DNA of 64,000 nt, taken from NCBI GenBank assembly GCA_031409335.1, contig JANNWY010000278.1, positions 30,220 through 94,219 on the forward strand, given 5' to 3'. Source of the DNA: Chthoniobacteraceae bacterium (GTDB lineage Bacteria; Verrucomicrobiota; Verrucomicrobiia; Chthoniobacterales; Chthoniobacteraceae). The notes under the pieces are model-generated. The model was not told where the DNA came from. It ran no database searches and worked only from the letters and a program-made list of their open reading frames with translations. This document shows positions 62,101 through 64,000 of this stretch, piece after piece. The first letter of the stretch is position 1. Each line of letters starts with the position of its first letter. Both the position numbers and the translations under genes were made by a program.

Positions 62101-64000
62101 CTCGGCGGCGTCGTTGGAGCCATCGGCATTGGTGCCGATCCGGGTGCCGGTCGAACCGCCCTCGACCCTCACCCCCGACGAGCCATTGCCCACCAGCGTG
62201 ACGCCATCGGCCCCGACCCCGATGTAGTTGCCCTGGATCGTCGCGCCGGTGGACGCGTTGCCGACCACCACGCCGTTGAACAGATTGCCACCGATTACAT
62301 TGCGCGCCCCGGCTGCACCGCCGCCGAAGACATTGCCCGTGCCCGCGCCCCAGAAGACCGCGCCACCATTCACATTGCCCAGCGCCGCGAGCCCGGTCGC
62401 CGTGGTGCCGATGTAATTTCCCTGCACCAGATTATTCTGCGAAGTCGCGCCGAGCACCTCGAAGCCGAAATGATTGTTGCCCGAAAGCACATTGCGCGCA
62501 GCGGCGGAAGTGCCGCCGATGGTGTTGCCGCTCGACCCATTCACCAGGAAGACGCCGCTCTGCGCCGTATTGCCAGTGGTGCCATTCACGTCGCCGGTGC
62601 CCGCCGCATTCGTGCCGATGTAGTTGCCCGAGATGGTGCTGTTATCGACGTTGTCGAAATAGATGCCCTGCTCCGCATTGCCCGAGATCACGTTGCGCTC
62701 CGCCGCCGTCGTCCCGCCGATCAGGTTGCCGGTGCTGTTCAGCGCGTAGATGCCTTTCACGCCGTTCGCCGCCGCCGCCGTGCCCGCCGCGTTCAGCCCG
62801 ATCCAGTTCCCCTGGATGATGTGATTGTTCGACCCGCTGATTTCGATGCCGGTGCCGGTGAAGCGATTGATCGTCAGCCCCTTGATCGTGCTCCCGCTGC
62901 TCCCCGCGCCGAGTTCCAGCCCTTTGTTCCCGGCGAAATTTCCGCCATTCAGCTCGATCACGGGCGTGCCCGCAAAGTCGGGCTCGCTCGTGCCGTCGAT
63001 GATCACCGCCTGCGTGATGATCGGCAGCGCATCCGGCACCGTGCCGGCATCCGGCCCGTCGTAGGTGAGCGTGATCGTATGCACCCCGCCGACGAGCGCC
63101 TCGGGGATATTGAAGCGGATGGTGTCCGTTCCCGCGGTGGCGTTCGTCGCGAGGATCGCTTCGCGCAGGCTGATCCGGCCATCCGCGCCTTTGTTGGCGA
63201 GCAGCGCATTGATGGACGTGACCGTGCCATCCAGCGTGTCCGCGCCGGTGGTCACGATGAGGATGCCGTCGCCGTTCACATTCACCGTCTCGCTGACCGC
63301 CGCGCTCGTCCCGCCGTCGCCATCGGTGACCACGAACTGCACCGTGCGCGCGAGCGTGCTCGGGTCGGAATCCACGTTGCTGAAAGTGATCACCCGCGCC
63401 AGCGCCTGCGCGGCTGCGGGAGTCGCGTTCGCATTGAAAGTGATGACCAGCGGCGTCGCGCCGGTGCCGCCAGTGAAGGTGCCGATGGTCACGCCGCCGA
63501 AGGTCACATTCGCGCCCGAGACGCCGATCTGCCCCGCGCCCACGCCTTGATTGGTGATCAGCAGCCGGTCGCCCGTCTGCGCATTCGCGGTGATGGATCC
63601 GGTAAAGGTGCCGGTGTCAAAATTCGCTGAGTCCGCGTCCGTGACCGTCGCGCTGCCGTCGATGACGACCGCCGCGCCGCCTTCCGTGAAAGTGGGTGCC
63701 CCACCGGGGAGCGTGACCGTCGGCGCATACTGCGCGATCAGCGCGAGGGCATCGGGCTCCTCGCTCCCGGCGGAGAGGCCCACATCGGAGCCGCGGAAGA
63801 CCATCGCCGCGGAACCGGACGACGTGCCAGGGCCTGTGGCGGTGACGGTGAGCGCAAAAATGTCGTAAGTCGTGACGGAAAGATTGTTCGTCCCGATCGT
63901 GTCACTGCCATCGAGCGATAGCAGAATCTGCCCGGCGGAGAACGCCTGCCCGCCAAGCGTCGTCGCGCTTTCCACGAGAGCAAGGCTGCGGATCTTCTGC
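35116..64000 (-). CDS. Giant repetitive surface or adhesin-like protein (>9,600 aa; 5' end outside window)
   Basis: Uninterrupted frame to the window edge. Contains 'ISLREAI', 'NVISGN' beta-helix repeats, SdrD-B-like 'GSIGDRVWYD..DFG', a Calx-beta array and DUF11-like domains. Confidence 0.92.
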   Translation of the reverse strand, partial: QKIRSLALVESATTLGGQAFSAGQILLSLDGSDTIGTNNLSVTTYDIFALTVTATGPGTSSGSAAMVFRGSDVGLSAGSEEPDALALIAQYAPTVTLPGGAPTFTEGGAAVVIDGSATVTDADSANFDTGTFTGSITANAQTGDRLLITNQGVGAGQIGVSGANVTFGGVTIGTFTGGTGATPLVITFNANATPAAAQALARVITFSNVDSDPSTLARTVQFVVTDGDGGTSAAVSETVNVNGDGILIVTTGADTLDGTVTSINALLANKGADGRISLREAILATNATAGTDTIRFNIPEALVGGVHTITLTYDGPDAGTVPDALPIITQAVIIDGTSEPDFAGTPVIELNGGNFAGNKGLELGAGSSGSTIKGLTINRFTGTGIEISGSNNHIIQGNWIGLNAAGTAAAANGVKGIYALNSTGNLIGGTTAAERNVISGNAEQGIYFDNVDNSTISGNYIGTNAAGTGDVNGTTGNTAQSGVFLVNGSSGNTIGGTSAAARNVLSGNNHFGFEVLGATSQNNLVQGNYIGTTATGLAALGNVNGGAVFWGAGTGNVFGGGAAGARNVIGGNLFNGVVVGNASTGATIQGNYIGVGADGVTLVGNGSSGVRVEGGSTGTRIGTNADGSNDAAETNVISGNTYGVYVTDSGTTGTVVAGNIIGLAADGTTIVANSSNGVSVVSNAGSVTIGGATSVSRNVISGNAGFGVSLGSTTSGSSVLNNYIGTNAAGTAARANLDGVWIDNSANNLIGQSGAGNLISGSTFFGIVVDGAGATGNQIKANLIGTNAAGTTALGNGADGVKVQGGATGTIIGGTAAGDRNVISGNAGAGVLVSGAASNTIQGNTIGLNAAGTTALANTGSGILINGGSTLTAIGGTAGGAGNVISGNTANGILITGGASGTTMLGNLIGTDAGGTLDRGNAGAGVSIVNAGSNVIGGTGVGAGNFIFGNDANGVVIAGGGADNNDVLGNSITSNTGHGVLISNTPANNRIGGIVAGEGNTIASNTGSGVVVYSGSSGISIRGNAIFSNGGLGIDLSASTTATDGVTANDTGDADAGGNGLQNFPTLSSIFTNTTQVKITGALNSAASTTYRIEFFASTSADPSGNGEAQRYLGFVDVTTDAGGDVAFETTLVAAVAVGEFITATATDPGGNTSEFSLNAVASLPVLTVSGPVATESLDGFAVFTVAVSTPSTGPVTVNLTLANGTATGGGIDYGTAGAGNLQVSLDDGLTWNDATSATISAGTWTILVRTPIVTDALSESAETFTLTATRTAGSTANASAVSTASINDNNGAPIDNGIGTFAVVQGNRLYSASFDTGKVTLLTTSPYVTNATAINSLGFDAVNGIFYYTSNQTAGTNNDLYGYDARAGTHFILTNSVTGFAGVTLGSSGLGGAGGDFSGGSYFFSTEGGGSGGRDQVYRVDFTAGSAGRTISAIVKVAHDNFTGATDFGDILVDTASGRLYMFNAGAPVSVDEYQLQTAPTLATYIGRDTLAGISQAARDRLNNFYNVSNVIQRYNPTGAGSLGAAITLTTDGTTAFGNAADAGAFIPAEGSIGDRVWYDADTDGVQDGGETGVVGLTVRLYDDVNGNGAIDGGERLLATTLTGADGVYTFTRLLPGAYVIQVSDPTSIMLGAASTTGGSTQAASVTLIGQAITNRDFGYEQPATISVSSPTVTEGTDNFAVFTVSLSNRLLSAVSVNLALANGTAVGADYGPGLEVSTDGGTIWNAATTATIAAGSTSVLVRTPITNDLLDEAAETFTLTATRTTGLTANASDAGTATITDNDPAPSLSINDVTVNEATGTATFTVTLNVASGQAVSVNYATASGTAVAGSDFTSASGTLNFAAGVVTQTISVPITNDTTFENSETFNVNLSAATNATISDTQGVGTIRDDGTGTGGTDNDTPTLAVSSPAVTEGTDSFAVFTVSLSNASTTAVSFSLALANVSALGGAVDYGTGGAGNVQVSTDGGGSWADAASATIAAGSTSVLVRTPIVNDLLDENAETFTLTATRTAGTATNASAVGTTTITDNDATPSFSINDLTVNEATGTATFTVTLSAASGLATSVAYATSSGTATSGTDFTSTSGTLNFAAGVVSQTVVVSITNDATFENSENFNVTLSAATNATISDTQGVGTIRDDGTGTGGTDNDTPTLAVSSPSVTEGTDGFATFTVSLSIASTTAVTFNLALANVTATGGAVDYGTAGAGNLQVSTDGGGSWADAASATIAAGSTSVLVRTPIVNDTLDENAETFTLTATRTAGTTTNASANGTATITDNDPTPSFTINDLTVNEATGTATFTVTLSAASGLATSVAYATSNGTATAGADYTTTSGTLNFAAGVTSQTVVVSITNDTTFENSETFNVDLSGATNASIADNQGVGTIRDDGTGTGGTDNDTPTLSVSSPAVTEGTDSFAVFTVSLSNASTQSISVNLTLANGTATAADYGPALEVSTDGGASWNPAASATIAAGSTSVLVRTPIVNDTLDENAETFTLTATRTAGTTTNASALGTATITDNDATPSFTINDLTVNEAAGTATFTVTLSAASGLATSVAYATSNGTAVAGSDYTSTSGTLNFAAGVVSQTVVVSITNDATFENSETFNVNLSAATNATISDTQGVGTIRDDGTGTGGTDNDTPTLSVSSPNVTEGTDGFATFTVSLSNASTTAVTFNLVLANVTATGGGTDYGTGGVGNLQVSTDGGGSWADAASATIAAGSTSVLVRTPIANDVLDENAETFTLTATRTAGTTTNASAAGTATITDNDPQPSLSINDVTVNEAAGTATFTVSLSAPSGLAVSVAFNTSNGTATSGADFTSTSGTLNFAAGVTSQTIVVPILNDAVFENGETFNVNLSGATNATIADATGVGTIRDDGTGSGGTDNDTPTLNVSNVTVTEGTDGFAVFSVSLSNASTTAVGVSLALANGSATGADYGPGLEVSTDGGGSWSAAGTATIAAGATSVLVRTPIVNDALNEPAETFTLTATRTAGTTTNTSAAGTATINDNDALPAFTIDDVTRNEGAGTMTFTVTLSAPSGQAVSVNFATASGTATAGADFTTSTGTLNFAPGVTTQTTTVPILDDPLFENSESFTVVLSGVVNATIADNTGIGTIRDDGNGSGGTDNDSPVLSVNDVTVTEGTDTHAVFAVSLSNASTTAVTVSLALANGTATGADFGPGLEISTDGGTNWTSGTNATIAAGSTSVLVRTPLVNDALNEAAETFTLTATRTAGTTTNASAIGTATINDNDPAPLLVIFDATENEAAGTITFNVALNTASGQAVSVNYTTGSFTATSGADFTGVSGTLNIAAGVVNQTIVVPILNDAIFEQSESFDVILSGAVNAGIVDGTAEGTILDDGTGAGGTDNDTPAISVTNVTATEGTDAFAVFAVNLSNPSTTPVSVSLALANGSATGADYGPGIEVSTDGGTSWTSGSNATFAAGATSVLVRTPIVNDALDEAAETFTLTATRTAGITTNASTLGTATINDDDVTPSFSIDDVTVNEGAGTITFTVTLNAASGQPASVNYATANGSASGGADFTTASGVLNFAAGVVSQTVTVAITNDTIYELSEAISVGLSGAVNATIADATGVGTILDDGTGAGGTDNDTPTLNAANVTVTEGTDGFAVFAVSLSNASTTAVSVSLALANGTATGADYGPGLEVSTDGGATWNAGSSATIAAGATSVLVRTPIVNDATDEPAETFTLTATRTAGTTTNASAAGTATISDDDAPATISIDDVIVNEGAGTITFTVSLSAVSGLPASVAYATANGTALAGSDYLSGSGVLNFAAGVTSQTVTLSILNDVLFENSEAFTVVLSGAVNATIADGTGVGTIRDDGTGLGGTDNDTPTVNVSNVTGLEGTDAFAVFTVSLSNLSTTAVTMNLALADVTATGGGADYGVGLEVSTDGGATWNVGTSATIAAGTSSVLVRTPLGDDGVSEPTETFTLTATVTGGSTTNAVATGIGQILDDEGPPDIAINDVIVNEGAGTATFTVTLATPSSQNVTVDFATASGTATSGVDFTATSGTLTFIPGVTSQTITVPILNDALYENSEAFTVVLTGAVNATAFDDTGVGTIRDNGAGAGGVDNDTPTLSVSSPAVTEGSDPHAVFTVSLSNASTTAVSFNLALANGTAVVADYGPALEVSTDGGATWTAGSSATIAAGATSVLVRTPVTDDALDEAAETFTLTATRSAGTTTNAVAAGTATINDNDPTPSFVIDDVTRNEGAGTMTFTVTLSAVSGQAVSVNYATAGGSATGGLDFTSTSGTLNFAAGVVAQTITVPILNDAMFEQSESFGVGLSGAVNATIADATGAGTILDDGTGSGGADNDTPSVSVSSPVVTEGTDGFAIFTVSLSNASTTAVSVGLALADGAATGADYGAGLEISTDGGATWNAGSSATIAAGATSVLVRTPITDDALDEAAETFTLTATRTAGTTTNASALGTATISDDDTPPSLTIDDLSVNEATGTATFTVTLNAASGQIVTVNYAMSDGTAVTGADYTAGGGVLTFATGVTSQTITVPILDDAIFEQSENFTVTLSGAVNATIADATGSATILDDGTGAGGADNDTPGLSVSSPTITEGTDPFAVFTVSLSNPSTTPVSVSLALADGSATGADYGPGLEVSTDGGTTWNAAASATIAAGTTSVLVRTPIAEDAISEVNEDFTLTATRTAGTTTNLSATGTATIADNDGPPTAGINDVTVNEAAGTMTFTVTLSSVSALPVSVTYATANGTATAGADYTSTSGTLNFAAGVVTQTITVPILNDAIFENSEFFNVLLGVAVNATVGDGTGIGTIRDNGTGAGGTDNDTPALSIANIALTEGTDAFAVFTVSLSNVSTTPVSVSLAMANGTALGGGTDYGAGLEVSTDGGTIWTSGTNSTIAAGVTSVLVRTPITDDALDELAETFTLTASRTAGTTTNASAASTATITDNDPAPTVTINDVTRNEAAGTMTFTVSLSGASGLPVSVAYATSDGSALAGADYTGVSGTLNFAAGVTTRTIVVPILNDAIFENSESFNVTLSGAVNATIGDATGIGTIRDDGAGAGGTDNDTPTFSMSGQTVTEGTDNFAIFTVNLSNVSTTAVVLDLVLTNGSASGADYGPAIEVSTDGGTNWTSGTTATIAAGSTSVLVRTPITNDFLDEADETFNLIATRTGGTTTNASAAAIATILDEDPPPALLSIGDLTVNEAAGTVTFTVTLNEPSGLPVSVNYASSDATATAGLDYTATSGTLNFAPGETVQTIVVAILDDALFESSEFFDMSLSGAVNATIGDADGTGTIVDDGTGAGGTDDDTPVLSVADISVTEGTDPFAIFAVSLSNPSTTPVSVSLALATGTALAADFGPALEVSTDGGATWNAAATATIAAGQTSVLVRTPIANDALDEATEMFTLTATRTAGTTANGSAIGTASIVDDDPPPDVSINDVTVNEGAGTMTFTVTLNTPSGQPLSVNFATANTTATAGTDFTATTGTLSFATGVVSQTMTVLITNDTIFEASETFAVVLSGPVNVTIVDGTGVGTILDDGTGPGGTDDDTPVLTVSNLTVTEGADPHAVFTVELSNLSTTDVSFSVALANGTATGADFGPALEFSTDGGTNWTSGANATIAAGTASVLVRAPVTDDLLDEAAETFTLTATRTAGATKNASALGAATINDDDPPPTLSIDDLSVNEATGTATFTVTLNTPSGQPLSVSYATASGTAASGADFGASSGTLNFAAGVVSQTVTVSIANDTIFEQSENFAVTLGGAVNATIADATGVGTIVDDGTGAGGADDDTPTLDVSNVTVTEGTDGFAVFAVSLSNTSTTPVSFNLALADGTATSVDYGPGLEVSTDGGATWAAGSSATIAAGATSVLVRTPIVNDATDEPAESFTLTATRTAGTTTNANAAGAATITDDDPPVTMAIDDVTVNEGAGTITFTVTLDAVSGFPVSVNFTTGDGTAVVGADYTASGGVLNFAPGVTSQTVTISIANDTIFENSESFSVTLSGAVNALIGDAIGVGTILDDGTGAGGTDNDIPGLSVSNVTVTEGTDGFAVFAVNLSNVSTTPVSVNLVLNDGSATALDFGPVIEVSTDGGATWTAGGSVTIAAGDTSALVRTAISDDALDEEVEAFTLTATRTAGATTNVSAAGTATIIDDDAPPEFSIDDVIVNEGAGTATFTVTLNAPSGKTTSVDYVLADATAVAGADFAAGSGTLNFAPGVTSQTITVTILDDSLFEVSEDFNVNLSSAVNATIADGLGLGTIRDDGTGIGGIDDDAPTVTVSDVTATEGADTHIVFLVGLSNPSFEAISVNLALADGTATGGGLDFGPALEISTDGGATWTAGSAATIAAGNMSVLARTPINDDALDESTEAFTLTATVTGGDTVNPVATGIGTIADNDPPPAISIDDVTVNEAAGTVTFTVTLSGASGLPVSVDFATASGTAGTGADFTDTTGTLSFAPGVTSQTITVPILDDALFENSETFNVNLSGATNATIADATGVGTIRDDGTGAGGTDDDTPTLSVGNVSVLEGTDPHAVFTVSLSNASTTDVSVGLALANGSATGADFGPGLEVSTDGGTIWASGTNATIAAGTTSVLVRTAITDDALDEAAETFTLTATRTGGATTNASAAGTATINDDEAPPTFSIDEVTVNEAAGTATFTVRLNVPSGQPVSVSYATGNASATAGADFAAAAGTLNFAAGVTSQTVTVAILDDAIFENSESFNVTLSGAVNATIADATGVGTILDDGTGAGGTDNDTPGLSVTNVTVTEGTDGFAVFAVNLSNVSTTPVTVGLALANGSATGADYGPGLEVSTDGGTTWTSGTTATIAAGSTSVLVRTAITDDALDETVEAFTLTATRSAGTTTNASAAGTATINDDDGPPAFSIDDVTVNEDAGTATFTVTLNAPSGQGVSVNYTTASGTAVAGTDFAGGAGTLNFAAGVISQTVTVVIVDDAIFEGSEAFSVMLSAAVNATIADNLGIGMIFDDGTGAGGTDNDTPTLVVANVSVTEGTDGFAVFAVSLSNASTTPVSFNLVLADGTATGADYGPGLEVSTDGGTTWTSGTTATFAAGATSVLVRTPILDDALDELPETFTLTATRTAGVTGNASAVGTATITDDDAMPSLTVFDVVVNEAAGNATFTVTLSAPSGLAVSVNYVTTDGSAVDGGDFAGTSGVLDFAPGVTSQTFVVSILDDAVFENSESFNVFLNAPVNAVVADGSAEGTILDDGTGAGGTDNDTPTLVVANVSVTEGTDGFAVFAVSLSNASTTAVSFNLALVDGTASGADYGASLEVSTDGGATWNAAGDATIAAGSTSVLVRAPITDDALDEAAETFTLTATRTVGTTTNVSAIGTATINDDDAPPAFSINDVTVNEAAGTLTFTVTLGAPSGQPVSVNYATGDVTAADGSDYTGTSGTLNFAVGVTSQTVTVAIGDDAVFENSETFNVTLSGAVNATIADATGVGTILDDGTGAGGTDNDTPTLSVANVAVTEGIDGFAVFSVGLSNASTTPVSFALALADGTATGADYGAGLEVSTDGGATWVSSGSATIAAGATSVLVRTPITDDALDETAETFTLTATRTGGTTTNAIATGTATIADNDGPPALSINDVTVNEAAGMMTFTVTLSASSGVPVSVNYATIPGSATAGADFTSTSGTLNFAAGVTSQTITVPILNDAIFENGETFSVTLSAPTNATISDALGIGTIRDDGNGAGGTDNDTPTLSVSNVAVTEGTDGFAVFAVTLSNPSTAPTSVNLGLANGTATGADYGVGREVSTNGGATWTPSSSATFAAGATSVLVRTAITDDTLDEVAETFTLTATRAAGSTTNALATGTATITDNDGPPALSIDDVTVNEAAGTITFTVTLDVPSGLPVSVNYTTSDTTATAGADFTSTGGTLNFAVGVTSQTITVPILDDAIFENSEDFSVVLSGGINATIADDTGVGTIRDDGTGAGGTDDDTPTLSVSNVAVTEGTDGFAVFAITLSNPSTAPTTVNLALANGTATATDFGPGLEVSTDGGVTWASSGSASFAAGATSVLVRTPINDDALDEAAETFTLTATRAAGSTANAFASGTATIADNDASPALAINDVTVNEAAGTMTFTVTLSAPSGLPVSVGYATANGTATSGADFTSTSGVLNFAPGVTSQTFVVPILDDAAFEVSENFTVTLGGAVNATVATATGTGTILDDGTGAGGTDNDTPALAVSNVTVTEGVDSFVVFTVSLGNLSTVPVSVNLALADGSATGGGIDFSAALEVSTDGGATWLAAASATIAAGETSVLVRAPISDDALPETAETFTLTATRSAGATVNASATGTATILDNDGPPDISIGDVTVNESAGTATFTVTLSKASGLPVDVSYASANGSARSGSDFTGVSGTLTFVPGVTSMTVIVPITSDALYENRETFSVVLSGAVNGTIADGTGVGTVLDDDLPQIAKTLTGTSSAGSGGANVVPGEVVTFQLQFELAEGANRLVVLSDLLPAGLQFLPNAPLQIGFTNVATSIGGIAAGTYTNTTNDALISASLTADDDNFADGADVFLKLGTLTNNDSDADREFVTVRFNALVTNTAQNQAGFTHANAFAALLDTNADGSAGYVSADRDGDNLATGTEVAADPANDGSGTPGVSNTVTTTVAEPILSLDKQITAAPPTINAGDTLTYTITINHAVGSGSTAWEATLNDAMPVGLQIARIVSTTAAGGASVSAPATIAGAGATLNGVFDIPVGGSIVVVYEVTVTSDAVLGSTLNSLADLTWSTLDGPDANERGSGNGFLNGGGLNDYELQSSVAAGVGDGAGDFAIDKGIVGDTKAEIGERLRYSITINLADGVLNNLALADVLPAGLQLVSGSAVLTGGSGVSVVSANFTYSANQLDLAIGSVRSAVDGSVNTLTITYDADVLDSVDNNAAGSAAQSAKTNTATASYDVGGGPIVRADSQTLTVAEPVLNIVKSIDDTTPHLGQVVTYTITLTHAAASDSAAFDLILSDALPGEVSLIAGSVQVTGANILSNTSSNGGGLNLVLDQLPLGGTATITYRATVTSNLALIGGALGGGDDDFTNSVDLTYDTRSGANANQRTSTGSAAVLATIVGADLSVTKDDGAVSVSPGGRLTYTIRVTNSGTDAATNVAVRDVLPAGLANFNRTLSTPGATHANGVVTYVVPAIAVGQTVTLTVVVDLKASAPADIDTFTNVVNVTHADIDPTPADNSASDSDALVAAPDYSISKTDNRSDARPGETLVYTLVVANRGNQGGGDIVVRDTFATGIFSTVVASHGGMVDVAAGTVTWNVASLPAGETLTLTLTARVRSSFGDFAAQPGNQLITDTVTVQDDGRNGADPTPNDNTATDSDDLVAMPELRITNDDGVVAATPGQLLTYRVTASNDGAQNSHGTVVIDSLPPGVTLVSAKSANPGLTGEAIVVGNQIVWSFSRPLAAGEAVTFEIVVLVGDDVPDAGILANLATIIDDGRYGTDAADVTDNSAMDTDIVVAPPAFVYAWDVFNDFGKEALDLRKGLLFPEEPRVFDRAPLLPLMPIYSGEADPGATLVVSVFNVRGEPIGSQTVVVDAGGNWMATFPSTTLNDFPSHVQITQIPAPYSIPDGAGHNLRTYFSPAINPGHFFTETLNTDMLSGRSAPLLGGLGLENPLQLGTVKYGGELLGTQSTASGY
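38800..59000 (-). repeat. Intragenic array of ~28 Calx-beta di-domain units (~720-740 bp each)
   Basis: Alternating 'VTEGTD..LEVSTDGG..ETFTLTATRTAGTT..TITDND' and 'VNEAAG.TFTVTL..DF..SGTLNFAAG..GTI.DDG' units. Shadow ORFs recur every 720 bp (41225, 41945, 42665, 43385, 44105). Boundaries and count are approximate. Confidence 0.9.

Noticed and set aside
1..64000. tRNA, rRNA or riboswitch genes
   Set aside because: None recognised by eye in the short intergenic regions. A covariance-model search (tRNAscan-SE, Infernal/Rfam) would be needed to exclude them.

Overview
High-GC bacterial chromosomal window. Gene content (DUF1501, ECF sigma/Ser-Thr kinase pair, UBact-proteasome genes, a verrucomicrobial-type C-terminal module) suggests Verrucomicrobiota; this is inference. 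The left 35 kb holds about 33 genes: tandem dTMP-kinase-like genes, pdhAB, DUF1501, two secreted clan GH-A-like hydrolases, an ECF sigma/kinase pair, two deoC paralogs, GT4, glutaredoxin, glgE, prmA and cell-wall genes. It also carries a Pup-like proteasome locus: a 59-aa UBact missing from the ORF track, prcB, prcA and a PafA-family ligase. The right 29 kb is one giant minus-strand surface-protein gene (>9,600 aa, open at the window edge) with a beta-helix, about 28 tandem Calx-beta di-domain repeats and 7 DUF11-like domains. The most unusual element is a ~3 kb islet (16460-19531) bracketed by a diverged 300-bp duplication of the glgE 3' end. It encodes a long protein ending in a GrpE-like domain, overlapping a gene for an Hsp70-type ATPase domain. 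That protein lacks a substrate-binding domain, ends in a DnaJ-like Cys motif, and its gene has one in-frame TGA. All calls come from reading motifs by eye; no database searches were run.
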